From NCBI RefSeq assembly GCF_006345805.1, contig NC_042999.1:53754001-53818000 (forward strand): a stretch of 64,000 nucleotides of DNA, read 5' to 3'. The DNA comes from Octopus sinensis (taxonomy: Eukaryota). Under the pieces are notes generated by a model that saw only the letters and a program-made list of their open reading frames with translations, was not told the origin of the DNA and ran no database searches. Positions 40,007 to 53,802 of the stretch are shown here, piece by piece (the stretch's first letter is position 1; the number at the start of each line of letters is the position of its first letter). The translations under genes and the position numbers were made by a program.

Positions 40007-42103
40007 GTATTTTAATCCTCTTGTTGTTGTTGTTGTTGATTTTGGTGTTGTTTTTGTTATTGCATTTATTGTTGTTTATATAAATTCCTTTTGAAAGCAA
40101 TGGCATTTTATAAATGTAATACGAGCGAGTCTGTTTACCAAAGTCACACAGAATGAAGTCCTCTGTTGCAGGAAATGATAAATAGCAAATAATACTTTAT
40201 TTCAGGCTAAATTTTTATCTTTCACTCTCAGGTCACCGACAAATAGTAATGTGCTATATGACTCAAAAAACCTCATTCTTATCCGGAAGCAGTGAAAACT
40301 AGAGTAGGTAAAAAACATTCGAGATATAATACATTTCTAGCGAAAAAGGACTCTCTGCTGACGAAGGATCCATATCTTATGAAGAAGAACCACAACCGAA
40401 ATTCATAGTCATTCACAAGGAAACCAAAATTCTAATAAATCACTTCAGAAATATGTACATTGAATATCCAAACGGATTATGAACTGAGAATGCAATGGGA
40501 TTCTAGTTTATACTGTTGCGTCTGTGTAGAATACGCCAGTTCCATGATAACACATGTGGAATGCTTCATTGTAGCATTGTTCTGGGTTGAAAATTCCAAA
40601 ATTGTCCATTACGAATTCCTGGGGCTTTGTCTTCTGAATCGTTGAAATAATTACTTGAAAACGTCTGAGATTTGAACGAGTATTCTGCCGTTGTTATGTT
40701 GTCCCTGAAACCAATATCTGGTGATTTAACCTTCAACAAATTTTTTGTGTATTCGTATAACCCAGAGCAAGATTTCTTCTCCATTCTCGGCGATCTTTAC
40801 AGTTGTACGCTTACACCATCATATTTTCTCTATTTGGTATTTTACAGTATTTGCATAAATTCGAGTCTACATAAGTCCTAATGCTTTTATACAAGTGAAT
40901 GTAGTTTTTTTAGGCTCAGAGGAGGCAACTAGAGACAATGCTATTGTTTCTTTTTCCCCATCTTCATATATTCTGTAGTTACAATATCCTGCTTTATTAT
41001 ACGCTTTCGATGATTTATGATGAAGAGGTTTCCATCCCGAGACAAACTCAGGCATCTTTCAGCTTCTGCTCTGAGTACCGTCTATATCTTGTATTGAACT
41101 CAGTTTTTAAGAATATATGTAATCGAAGCGCGTCCCTGTGATCCTCTTTCACATCCAGAATGTGTCACACGGAAGATGCCACCCAGAATTTGTTACAGAG
41201 AAAGTGCAATGCACATATAGGATATTCATACTACTACTACCACCACCACCATCATCATATAATATAATTTTCAGCCTAGACAGACCCTTGAGCAAACTGA
41301 ATAGATATAATGGTCCATGGCATAAAGAAGAATACCTCCTATCTCTCTAATAGCGCGATTGTAGATGAGTATGATCGTCTAAGGAGAAAAATCTAGGAAG
41401 CATTAACGCAAAATTGATGAAGGCCGTCATTGAAGATACTGGTCAACTTATATAAACTCTAAGCAAATACATTGACCATCGCCGAATTGTTACAGTTACA
41501 GAAAATAAAATTCTTGCGAAGTTCTACCATGTAAATCATTCTTCATGTGATATAATATTCCTCGTTGAGATTCGATTTATGCTTCATAGAACAACTTATT
41601 TGCAGTGAAATATGAACGTATAATGATAATAATATTAGAATGCAAGGCTTAGGATATATTTGATTCACTATAATCAGGGAATTTTACTGTATAGTAAAGA
41701 TTTGGAAAACAGATATTGCGATACAAACGAAGAAAATTATGTAAATCCATCGACTTTCCGATATCGGAATATTTTCTGTTGTCTTATGTTGCTGTTACTC
41801 TTTACTGTTGGGGTTAAATTTCCCTTTAATTTTCAGAGGGGTTCGATAAAAAAAGGTTAACCTCGGTGTGGAGAGTCATATCTATTTTCTGTGCCTAAAG
41901 CCACTCTGTGTTAATGTAAAAATCATCATCATCATCACAACCACCTCCACCACCGTCATCATCGTCGTCGTCGTCGTCGGCGTCGTTGTTGTTGTTATTA
42001 TTATTATTATCATTATCACCATCATCATTATTGACGCATTGCACAGCTTCCGCCAACATTACAATTCAAAACTTCGCAAAAGCCGGCATTATATAATTTC
42101 TGT

Positions 42104-42900
42104 TATTCGAGAGGGTTCCCAACAGAAACTGGAATTTTGCAATATCATTTCGTTCACTTAGTTTTACATGTTTACACTTTCATCTCCTTCAAAGTATTCT
42201 CCATTTGAAGAAATGCATCGGTCCAGACACATTTTCCATTGTTCGATGCAATGCTGGAACTCTTGCAAAGTGATGCCTTTTAATGCTTCCGTCGTATTCT
42301 TCTTCACCTCTTCCACATCTGCAAATTCTGTAGCACCATCTTTCGTCACCAGTGGTGACATTCGAAAAAGGGACAAGACTGACTTCCAGCTGTTCTTTCA
42401 GTTTATGACGTGTATTCAGCCGTGACTGTCTTTGATCATCCGTGAACATGCGGGGCATAATTTTTGCTGCAACTCTTTCAATTCGCAATTCCTCGCTCAA
42501 AATTCGTGAGCAGAAGCTCCAGGACACACCAGTCATATCCACAAATTCGTCAATTGTTCGACGACGGTCCTCCAAGATCAGTTCATGAATTTTCATGATG
42601 TTTTCATTCGTTCCGTTGGCCCTGAACGATGTTGGACCTCAATCGACAAGTGACCATTCCTAATGCCTGAAAACCATTCGTAAGTTTGTGTTTTGTTCAT
42701 GGCTGCGTCTTTGTAAACTGTTTCAAGCATGAGGACTGTTTCGGCCGCCGTCTTCCCTAACAGGAAACAGAAGTTCACGGAAGCACTTCGGAAAATCGAT
42801 GAACTGGGGAGAAGCACTGCAAAGCAAAGTGGCAGCACGTGGCAGTATGACGTCACCGAATAACGCCGGTCGGCAGACGGATGCCTGAGGGTCGCATCAA
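42104..42900 (-). mobile_element. Mariner transposon, internally deleted remnant
   Basis: It encodes NFCFLLGKTAAET..YEWF, ELILEDRRRTIDE..ILSEELRIERVAAK..TGDERWCY and FADVEEVK..FQHCIEQWK..CISSNGEYFEGD. Confidence 0.88.
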
Positions 42901-43554
42901 GTGATTTCTAGCCGCCGCAGCAGCCTGAACTATAACGGGCTTGTCCCACAGAGAATGTTTTCGACCTTTCTATACAGTTAAGGTAGAACCGTCATACTTA
43001 ATGTAATTTAGAACATATCGGATTAATTACGCTTATGTGCTTGTTTTGCAAATCAGAAGAAAACAGCGTACTGACGTGAATTTGATCAAACCTTTTCTAC
43101 AACAAGGGACAACTCTTGACATGCTTCAACCCAGACCTTCTCAGCGAAGAACACCTTTCTCCGTGTTTGCACAGGAACAATAACATAATCGCTATATCAA
43201 AGTACAATGATTTATTTGAGTAGGCGCCACGAAGTATCAGAATGCCTGACAAAAGTAAGAGAAACGCTGTTCAGGAGAAATAACTGAATTCAAATTTGTG
43301 TCATTATAATTTGGTTAGAACAAAAGTTACATTAAAATTAATTACTAATTCTTGTACATCTGAGAAATACTAATTTTTATCTGATCTAAGCAAATAAAGG
43401 CAATGATGATAGATATATTTCAGTCTTAGATATGTGATATGCATGCAAAATATAATTAATTTTTCTCTTAGATAGTTATTTCAGACATGTAATATGAATT
43501 CTTGATTCCTTCAAAGACTTTCACTGACATTTTCAATGCTTTTTACTTTTTCAG

Positions 43555-43580
43555 TTGCCTGGGGAATGGAAGATAAAATG
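43555..43580 (+). CDS. Coding micro-exon 3 (26 nt; (I)AWGMEDKM)
   Basis: It has a strong acceptor tgctttttactttttcag|TT and donor ATG|GTAAAG. Its phase 1 to phase 0 structure is exactly what is needed to join exon 2 (phase 1) to exon 4 (phase 0) in frame. Confidence 0.7.
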
Positions 43581-43724
43581 GTAAAGTAGATTTCCTCTAC
43601 CCCATTCTCATATGTGCGTATGTATCGGTGTATTTATGTGAGCGCCTGTATGAGTATATGTATACGTGTATACATGTGTGTGTGTGTGTGTGTGTGTATG
43701 CATGCATGTATGTATGTATACTCT

Positions 43725-43892
43725 TTTACTCTTTTACTTGTTTCAGTAATTTGACCCCATGACTTATTCTTTGTAAGCCTAGAACTTATTCTATCGGTCT
43801 CTTTGGCCGAATCGCTAAGTTACGGGGACGCAAACACACCAGCATCGGTTGTCAAGCGATGTTGGGGGACAAACACAGACACACAAACATAT

Positions 43893-43947
<55 letters not shown>

Positions 43948-44100
43948 CGACGGGCTTCTTTCAGATTCCATCTAACAAATCCCCTCACAAGGCTTTGGTT
44001 AGCCCGAGGCTATAGTAGAAGGCACTTGCCCAAGATGTCATGCAGTGGGACTGAACCCAGAACCATGTGGTTGGTAAGCAAGCTACTAACCACACAGCCG
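43725..44100 (-). mobile_element. SINE family B
   Basis: Reverse complement of the family B consensus blocks. Confidence 0.85.
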
Positions 44101-44181
44101 TAAATTTATATTCCATAGCATACACTTTCACAATTTTTCACATCTTGGTATCTGAAGTAGTCGGACATAAGATAGTTTGAC

Positions 44182-44273
<92 letters not shown>

Positions 44274-44304
44274 TATATATATATATATATATACATATAT
44301 ATAT

Positions 44305-44475
44305 TTCAAAAGGCCAGCCTTGTCAAACCCTGTGTCACGCTGAGTCTCCCTGTGAATTTCGTTAACGGCACACGTATCTGTGGAGCGCTCACCCGCTTGT
44401 ACGTTAATTTCACGAGCAAGCTCCCCCGTTGATCGTATCAGCTGGGACCTTCGTCGTCGTAACAGATGATGTGCT
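44305..44475 (-). repeat. Interspersed repeat, with a second copy at 63875-64000 (+)
   Basis: The shared block GACGAGGG.TCCAG.TGAT.CGAT.AACGG..GC.TGCT.GTGAAATTAACGT.CAAG..G.TGAGC.CTCCACAGA.ACGTGT occurs in both places. Confidence 0.7.
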
Positions 44476-44522
44476 CTTTAATATATACATATATATATAA
44501 TATACATACACACACACACACA

Positions 44523-44578
<56 letters not shown>

Positions 44579-44690
44579 CAGCGTAGTAAAATATTATTTA
44601 GAATTTTTCTTTTACCACTAGTGTGTAGAACAACCCAGCCAATAGACTATATATTATTCATTATACACAATGTACACTGTATATATAATG

Positions 44691-44759
<69 letters not shown>

Positions 44760-44777
44760 ATATATGAATAAATGAAA

Positions 44778-44819
<42 letters not shown>

Positions 44820-44828
<9 letters not shown>

Positions 44829-45480
44829 CAAAATGGGACACGAACGCAAAACATTCAAATAGACGACACAAAAAACGGACGGGTCATTTGAAGCCTCTAA
44901 TCTTCAGTCAAGAACCGGATCATCCTCGCAATTTCGGCTGATTAATCTTGACTTTTTTTGATCGCTCCGATTCGGCCAGCCCCAAGGAAAAACTAAGCTA
45001 CGAGCATTAGATTTCTTGGAAGAAGGATCGAATGTATACGAAACAAGGACAGAAAAACAGACGATGCCACACGAATATAAATACAAAAAACAAAAGGTAT
45101 ATATACAGTATACACCCGATTACTCGCGACTCAGCATTCACGGAACTAATAATTGTTCGCGGAATCGCAAATTTCGTCCACGATCTTTTATGGGATTTTT
45201 CGTGGCAATATAAACTTTTCCGACTTTTTAAGGCTAAAGTATTGATACTAATATACCGTATTTGCCAGTAACTGGACCCCACTTCGCAACTGAAGTTCCC
45301 TCTGGTTACAATATCCGCGCATTACGTCCCTTGATTTTTTCTTATTTATATTTATTGTTTCGTAGGTACAACAAATACACTGTATCCCGTATCTCTTGTT
45401 CCTGCTTTCAATCAAAAGTTGCCAATTAGTATAGCGACTACCCGCTACATTTGATCATACGCAATGTTTATTTCAACAGC
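44820..45480 (-). mobile_element. Probable Penelope-like LTR/3' remnant
   Basis: The minus strand has GGTTCTTGACTGAAGATTAGAGGCTTCAAATGAC (a degenerate hammerhead-like core), then a T-rich tail running into (TA)n. Confidence 0.45.
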
Positions 45481-45539
45481 ATAATTTTTAAGATCGTGAG
45501 CTAATGTAGCCTCATTGAGATTAGGTTACTTACTGTCCA

Positions 45540-45557
45540 TCTCTCTCTCTCACTCTT

Positions 45558-45621
<64 letters not shown>

Positions 45622-45622
45622 T

Positions 45623-45653
<31 letters not shown>

Positions 45654-45800
45654 TTCTATTAATATCATCATCATCATCATCATTATTATTAATATTATTA
45701 TTATCATTATTATTATTATTATTATTATTATTGTTGTTGTTGTTATTGTTATTATTGTCATTACCATTATCATTCTTATTCTTATTCTTATTATTATTAC

Positions 45801-45854
<54 letters not shown>

Positions 45855-45870
45855 GACTATTATTATTATA
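45540..45870. repeat. (CT)n, (CAT)n and (TAT)n compound microsatellite
   Basis: Read directly from the sequence. Confidence 0.9.
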
Positions 45871-46079
45871 GTATAGATTACTGTATCTTGTTTTAATACA
45901 CACTAAATTTTTCAAAGCCATGATTATTTATAATCCCCGCTCAATCTTCCATTGCTGGTATGCGCATATTAAATGCAACGAAGATTTTTGTGTAAGTTTT
46001 TTTTGTTTTGTTTTGTTTTTGGAAAAACTGCGTCCAGTAGCTACCTCCATTATTTTGTTGATTGCTGTGGTTTTCGCAG

Positions 46080-47560
46080 CGTGTTTTTAAAGCCCTAAGA
46101 TGCCATCTAAACGCCCTACACCTAAGCGCCAGAAAATGGTTATGACGCTACATGAGCAGGCACATTTGCTGGATATGTTCGGGGAAGGTAAAAGTTATGC
46201 TGCAGTAGGTCGCTATTATGTTGCCAAAGATTTTCGAAGCAGCAAGGGATGGTTTTTGACCCTTTCCAGAAAAGGTTCAAAATATAGTGTGTTTTTCTGA
46301 ATAGAGACTGCATCAGCCGACAAAAAACCGCTTCAGGTAGATCATCGAGGACAAGGGATACAAGCCGGAACAATTTTCAGTATGGGCGAGATTGGCTTGT
46401 TCTGGAAGAAGATGCTTTTCAGAACTTACATCGTGAAGGAAGAAGCCAGAGCCCCAGCATTTAAGGCACAGATAGAGAGCGTGATGTTAATTACGTGTGG
46501 CAATGCTACCGGCTTCATGATGAAACCAGGACTTATCTCCAAGTCCCCGAACCCGATGGCCTTCAAAGCTAAAAATAAAACCTGCTGCCTGTCTACTGGA
46601 TGCACAACCCCAAGGCTTGTATACCAAAAGTCTAACTTTGAATTGGTTCCACAAGTACTTCATTCTTAAAGTCAAGGAATAGCTCCAAACGTTTGCTTGG
46701 AATTCAAAGTGTTGCTTGTTATGGGTAATGTTGGTGGTCTCTCTTTGGATTTAAATCACCACCTCTTTCATCCAGCTTATAAATCAACGCGTGATCCGTG
46801 CCTTAAAAACACTTTACACTTAGAATTCTCTCTAACAAATTGTGGATGCAATGGATTTGGACGAGAATTTCAAGGTAAAGGAGTATTTGTGCCTAACTTC
46901 ACGATCGCAACATGCCTGTCAGTCATCCATGCTGCTCTTACAGACATGATTAAAGAAACCCTCATCACATACTGGAAGAAGGTATGGCCAGAGTGTGTCC
47001 AGGACTACGAGGGCTTTTCACTCGAAGATATTCAGCACGAGGCTGTCCAAAATACAGTGAAGCTGGCAAAGGTACTTGGTGGCGAAGGTTTTGATGACAT
47101 CACACAAGATGACTTCATCGATGCCCACTCTCAAACCCTGACAGACGAAGATTTGTTGTAGTTAGCGAAGAGGAGGAGAAAGCGCTACATCCAAAGGAAG
47201 AGAATGAGGTGGGCCAGGCAATCGAACGTTCTATTAAGAACAGTAAAGGAATTGCAAGAGTAGGCGGAAGAATGTGATTCCTACATGGTTCGGTGTCTCC
47301 AATTTAAAAATGCCATCGATGCTGCCACACAGACATATAAATATCTCCGTACCACCACGAAGAAACAACGGCAGCAACCTTCCCTCACAATATTCCACAA
47401 CTCCACCAAGAAAGCCTTGCATGAAGATACGACATCCCCTAAAACACCTGAAGAAGAGGCGTCACCTGAAGAGGTTTAAATCTTCTTTGCTGTGCCATCA
47501 TTGCCTTCATTATTTTCATCATCATCACCTTCAATTAATATCATTCATTATTGGTGAGAA
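46080..47560 (+). mobile_element. pogo/Tigger-like DNA transposon remnant (HTH-psq, CENP-B, DDE_1)
   Basis: It encodes KRQKMVMTLHEQAHLLDM, FRSSKGWF, EIGLFWKKM..RTYI, LITCGNATG, FKVLLVMGN and WKKVWPECV..GGEGFDDI, with deletions and frameshifts. Confidence 0.85.
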
Positions 47561-48460
47561 ATCTTTCGAGTAGCCATTTTCCCAAATTTTGTTTTATATT
47601 GGTTGGATATGATTTTAGATCTGAGGGAAAATTAGCTAGTATCTCTAGCATGTTTTGAGAGCCCATAAGAACGACCTCTTCGACTTGAAAGAAAATAATT
47701 ATTTTCTGCCACTCGAGCTGGGAACATCTGACATTCTGTTCCTCTGTCACATGAACAGAGATAATCTAGGTGTAGGTCGTTACTCCTTCAAAAACTGACA
47801 TTTAACTTTATTACTTATTCTAACTTATTCTATATATTTTGTTTAGAAAGTGACTTGCAAATATTTAATACATTTCAGCCTATTTTGGTTCTCGATTGTC
47901 AATAGCAAAACATAAGCCGTAAGTGTATACATTTATAGAAACACTTTTGAAGTCTACCCTGCAGCCATAAATTGTAATAGATTTAGATTGTCAGCAGGAG
48001 ACTTAGATTCAACGAGAAAAGTACAGCAAAACCACTGAAAAGACTGAAAAGACTACAAGGTTTAGTTCCATCACAAGCAAAAGTTTGTTGAAAGAGATGA
48101 AAATTCAATGCTTACCGCTACAATTCCTCTACTTATATCATACAATACTCTTGCTCCTGATAATCTATTTCTTTCCCCAACATTCTATGATCACTTACTA
48201 TTCTCGTAATTACTAAATATGGTAAAAATAAGATTAATTTCAGAAAGATCTTGGGATAAATTTACCAAAACACGATTCCTTACACAAAGCATTCTCTTTC
48301 AATTTGTCCATGAATCAACAGTTTGTAGAGCTGAAATATCGAGACATAACAATCACAGACTTACACACGCTACTTTAGGATACCACTTATCAGTTTTCTT
48401 AAAAGTTGTCGTTAATAACAACAACAACAACAACAACAATAATAATAATGATAATAATTC

Positions 48461-48518
<58 letters not shown>

Positions 48519-48519
<1 letters not shown>

Positions 48520-50065
48520 GACGGCACATCACAAAGTGCTAAGTGCAGAATTTGTGGACAAAATGGTGAAACCGTATGGCATATTACCAGTCAATGTAGG
48601 TCTCTAGCTCGGAAAGAATATAAGAGACGTCATGACAATATAGCAATGATTGTCCATTAGACACTCTGCAACAATTATGGACTTGACAGAGCAAGAAAGT
48701 GGTATGAACATAAACCTGACAGCGTATGTATGATCATTGGAGGGAAAAGGGATTTTTTATGTGATCAAGCTACTACGATAATAAAAAATCGTTGGTTCAC
48801 AGAAGTAAAGCTCGAATGTATCAAAAAATAGCAGCAGCGATAACGATGATGAAAATACAGTTCTTACTAATAAGAGTAATCTCTTAGCACAAGTAAGGAG
48901 CAGTATTAGATTACTTGATGAGAGACATATAGATGATTTAAAAGAAGACAAAACTAATGGCGACATGACAGATGAACAAAAGGAAGTCTAAGACAGAATA
49001 AAGGTATGAATACAAGAGAATGATAGCGACATTATTTGCAACCTTAAAAAGGTTGACTGGTGGAAATTGAAACAAGAAACGAAAAATGTTAATGATATTC
49101 TGAAATAGATCAGAACAAACTTCACAGAAACAAATATTTTGATCAAGGCAGCAAGTATTGTTGTAGCAGAAAATGTGGGTGTTGATGTCAAGAAAAAGAG
49201 ACATAATGGGAGTGACAAAAGAAAAGATCCATGGTGGAGAAGAAGAATCCAGGCATGGCTAGACATGCTCTCGAAGGAAATCTCTGTGTTAGACCGAAGA
49301 GAGAAAGGGGAGCTTAAAAGCGAACAAAAATACAGGTCACTGAAAAGGAAGTAAAATATTGAAAGAAAGGGCCTCATAGTAGTAGTGGAGGAACTGGCAC
49401 AGTGCCTCGTTGCAAAGAAAGCAAAGATGGTAAGATACGACCAAAGAATGAAGGGTTACCACCAGAATAGGTTATTCAGAATAGATCAGAGGAGATTCTA
49501 TAAAGAAATAAATGGAGAGTGTACAGATGAAAAGTTGATACCAGATAACAATGAAAGTCAAAGGTTTTGGAGTAACATCTGGAGGAAAGACAAGGAGCAC
49601 AAGAAGGGTGTTGAATGGTTGCAAGAACTGAAACAAACAGTAGTCTGTCCAAAACAGGCAGAACTAGTCATTTCAGTTAGGGAAGTGAAGTAAATCAGCA
49701 AACAAATGAGCTACTGGAAGGCCCCGGGACCAGATAGAGTTCAAGGCTACTGGATCAAAAGATTTAGTGAATGTCATGCACGAATAGCTGCGCAGCTCAA
49801 AACCTTGTTAAATGCCGACCATGTAACACCAGAGTGGTTGACATTGGGTAAGACAGTGCTGTGCCTGAAAAACATCGAAATTGGCAATACGGTAGACAAT
49901 TACATGCCGATATCCTGTTTGCCACTTAAGTGGAAGTTATTAACTGGAATACTCGCAGAGTCAATGTACGAACATCTGGAAAAAAATGGAGTCCTGCCAC
50001 ATGAGCAGAAGGGCTGCAAGCGTTAGTGCATAGGTACTAAGGATCAACCCCTGATAGATGTAATT
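48519..50065 (+). mobile_element. R4/Dong-like LINE pieces: 3' zinc-knuckle fragment (48519-48730) directly after (TAA)n, joined to an N-terminal/RT fragment (48740-50065)
   Basis: The first piece encodes KCRICGQNGETVWHITSQC..RRHDN. The second encodes PWWRRRIQ, QNRLFRIDQRRFY, FWSNIW, WKAPGPD.VQGYWIK, NYMPISCLP..WKLLTGI and EQKGCK. Confidence 0.88.
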
Positions 50066-50397
50066 AAGGAGAGGAGAAAACAAATTCAAAGGCCGATATA
50101 TATATATTCATTCAATCCATATTAACCAAATTCTCCATGGTATACAAAGTCCATATATAGATGCATTCATCTATATGTTATATGAACATTTCTAAGATTT
50201 TATAAGTACATAAATAGACACGAACATTTATAAATATACAAATATTCATAGACATATAAAAATTTATAAACACATAAAAATTCATAAATATAAATATATA
50301 AAAAGTGTAAGTCCATAAATGTACTTGCGAAGACCGAATGAAGAGGATGATAAAGCGGATGGAAAATGATTCATAACGAGCCTAGAGCATGCATAAA

Positions 50398-51449
<1,052 letters not shown>

Positions 51450-51454
51450 TGTAC

Positions 51455-51530
<76 letters not shown>

Positions 51531-51714
51531 ATCTTATATTATTTATATTATATATATATATGTGTGTATATATATATTTTAACGGATGAATGTTATTTCG
51601 TCTTTTAACTGGAGTAATTTCCAAAGATTTGTAATGTTGTTTCCTCATACTTTACTATTGAATTTACTTTATGTAAATTCGTGTAGGCATGAACACTTGT
51701 ATAGAAATAATCAG

Positions 51715-51945
51715 AATATGATTTAACTTATTGAGCACTTTTCAACAAATTCATTCACATTTATGAAATGGAGGAGATAAGATGTTAAAATGGACTTTCT
51801 ATTATGAATATCTGAGGCTTTTTGTATGAAACAAATTGTATAGCAACATGAAAAATAAAAACCATAATCCATTTTAGCATCTAATCTCCTCCATTACATA
51901 AATGTAAATGATTTTGTTGAACTGTGTTTAATAAATTACATCATA
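51715..51945. mobile_element. Old MITE-like inverted repeat (about 75-bp diverged arms)
   Basis: AATGGAGGAGATAAGATGTTAAAATGGA is mirrored by TCCATTTTAGCATCTAATCTCCTCCATT. Confidence 0.6.
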
Positions 51946-51981
51946 CACTGATTGTTTATACATACATATAAATATAAATAA

Positions 51982-52048
<67 letters not shown>

Positions 52049-52487
52049 AAGGAACTGAAATGCTAAAGAAATAAGAAACTATGTCAAGGACTTCATTGAC
52101 TTACATCTGTTTCTGCTATAAGGGGCGATGCATTCAACTATGAATCACACTTCATTATTTTATACTCCGATGAAGCTATAGCGTGATAAGCAAGCGCTCA
52201 AATATGAGTGCATCGTGTTATATTGTAAAAATAGCTATAAGCGAATGAAGCTCATGGCATATTTTTCTTATTCCCTTCTCATTGTAATTTCTTCTAATTG
52301 CTCTGAACTCTTTGTATCTGATGCATATATATACTGAATCCTAACATCAGATTATTAATATCGTTATGCCTCAACGAAATCATATATGTATATATATATA
52401 TTTATTCTTACACACACACACAAACACACATACAAACACACACACACACACATCTATATATATATATTTTGTTTTGTCTTTTCTCAG

Positions 52488-52745
52488 GTCCACGACTTAC
52501 TGATGGGACTCGTGATTGTCTCCGTATTCCTGTTCGTCATCTGCGTCACTCTCATCCTAATATTATATAAACTGAGATCACTGAAGAGAAAAAACCAACC
52601 CTGCAACACTGTAAACACGCCTGGCACCAAATCTGCTGTTACCTACAGTTCTAGAGCCAAACTAAATGAGGCATTTCTCCCAGAGTCTAACAGTGCCGGA
52701 AATATAGCCGCACAAAATAATCCTGAAACAATCACTAAATTTTAG
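52488..52745 (+). CDS. Coding exon 4: transmembrane helix and cytoplasmic tail, stop TAG
   Basis: The acceptor is ttttgtcttttctcag|GTC. The exon encodes VHDLLMGLVIVSVFLFVICVTLILILY (TM), then KLRSLKRK (positive-inside), then a tail ending NPETITKF*. It is non-repetitive sequence, on the same strand and in frame with the model. Confidence 0.8.
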   Translation, partial: VHDLLMGLVIVSVFLFVICVTLILILYKLRSLKRKNQPCNTVNTPGTKSAVTYSSRAKLNEAFLPESNSAGNIAAQNNPETITKF

Positions 52746-53084
52746 GGTGGTTTTTCTACCCGACATTCATATCATGCTTTACACGAAACTTTTTCAACTT
52801 TAATAATTCTTAACAATCATTGTATTGTATTTTTATATTCACCCTTAATTCAACTTTACCTTTCACCATTTCGGGGCGATGAAATAAACTACCAATTAAG
52901 TACTGATATCCATGTAATCTAGTGGCCCTTTCCTCCTAATGATCCTGCCTTGGGCTTCAATCAGAAATATTTTGAAGACGGCGAAAAAATTCCTAGAGTC
53001 GATGTGATCGAATAGTTCCCGGCCCAACAATGTCTACATAATTTGAGGCCTTGTGCTTGTATTAGAAAGCGTCGTGAAAGCAGC

Positions 53085-53278
53085 CAGCCGGAGGAGCTGG
53101 TACAATGCATAGCGGCATTTCATCCGGGATTTTACGTTCTGAATTTAAACTCTATGTACGTCGACTTTGCCTTTCATCTTTCCGGGGTCGATAAAATAAG
53201 TATCACCTTAGAATGGGGTCGACGTAATCAACCACCCCGCTCCCCCAAACTTTCAGTCCTCGTACCTATGGTAGAAAA
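53085..53278 (+). mobile_element. SINE family A, degenerate (a more degraded copy lies at about 52840-52950)
   Basis: Contains GTCGACTTTGCCTTTCATCTTTCCGGGGTCGATAAAATAAGTA. Confidence 0.75.
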
Positions 53279-53299
53279 GATTCTTCTACTTATTATTAT

Positions 53300-53572
53300 T
53301 ATTGCCTTTGCACAGCTTCTAGCGCTGGAGATGTACCTGGGTGCCAGCTGTTCACTAGCAGTGAACTAAGGTAACACCCCTTATTTTTCGATCACCTTCC
53401 CGAATATTCGAGTGGTTCAAAGCAGTGCTGTTTTCTGCAAGCGCTCCACCTTTATTGCAGCACTTATTTGTTCCATGTACTTACCAAGGTTTTTACTCAC
53501 TGTTCCCAGGGCTCCGACAATTATTGGTACTACTACCAACTTTTTCATCGACCACAACTGCTTAACCTCCTT
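53300..53572 (-). mobile_element. R4/Dong-like LINE extreme 3' end, (TAA)n on both sides
   Basis: It encodes LWSMKKLVVVPIIVGALGTVSKNLGKYMEQI..LQKTALL. The 3' UTR matches 4555-4640. Confidence 0.8.
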
Positions 53573-53802
53573 ATTATTATTATCCACTTATTTCAATTTT
53601 GTTTCCATTTCTTGCCGAGTATCTTCTCGACACCTAGTGCAAAAAAACTCGCTGTATGCATTGGGAGATCATTAAAATAAACACACCAGATTCTTCATTT
53701 ACAAAGTCAAGTAACAGAAAAAGGGGAAGAATCACCAAGCAAACAAAGAAGAAAGAAGAAAAAAGTTAAAGACTGGAAAATGTGAGAAAATAATTAAAAT
53801 AA

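Noticed and set aside
40232-40305. Alternative exon after the acceptor-like ctttcactctcag at 40231
   Set aside because: All three frames hit stops within about 75 nt, and no convincing donor gives a sensible join to exon 4.
43173-43255. Candidate exon after gtgtttgcacag
   Set aside because: The phase-1 and phase-0 readings stop within a few codons, so it is incompatible with exon 2.
52386-52487. N-terminal part of ORF 52386-52745 as coding
   Set aside because: It is translated (TA)/(CA) microsatellite and polypyrimidine tract; only the part after the AG at 52487 is exon-like.
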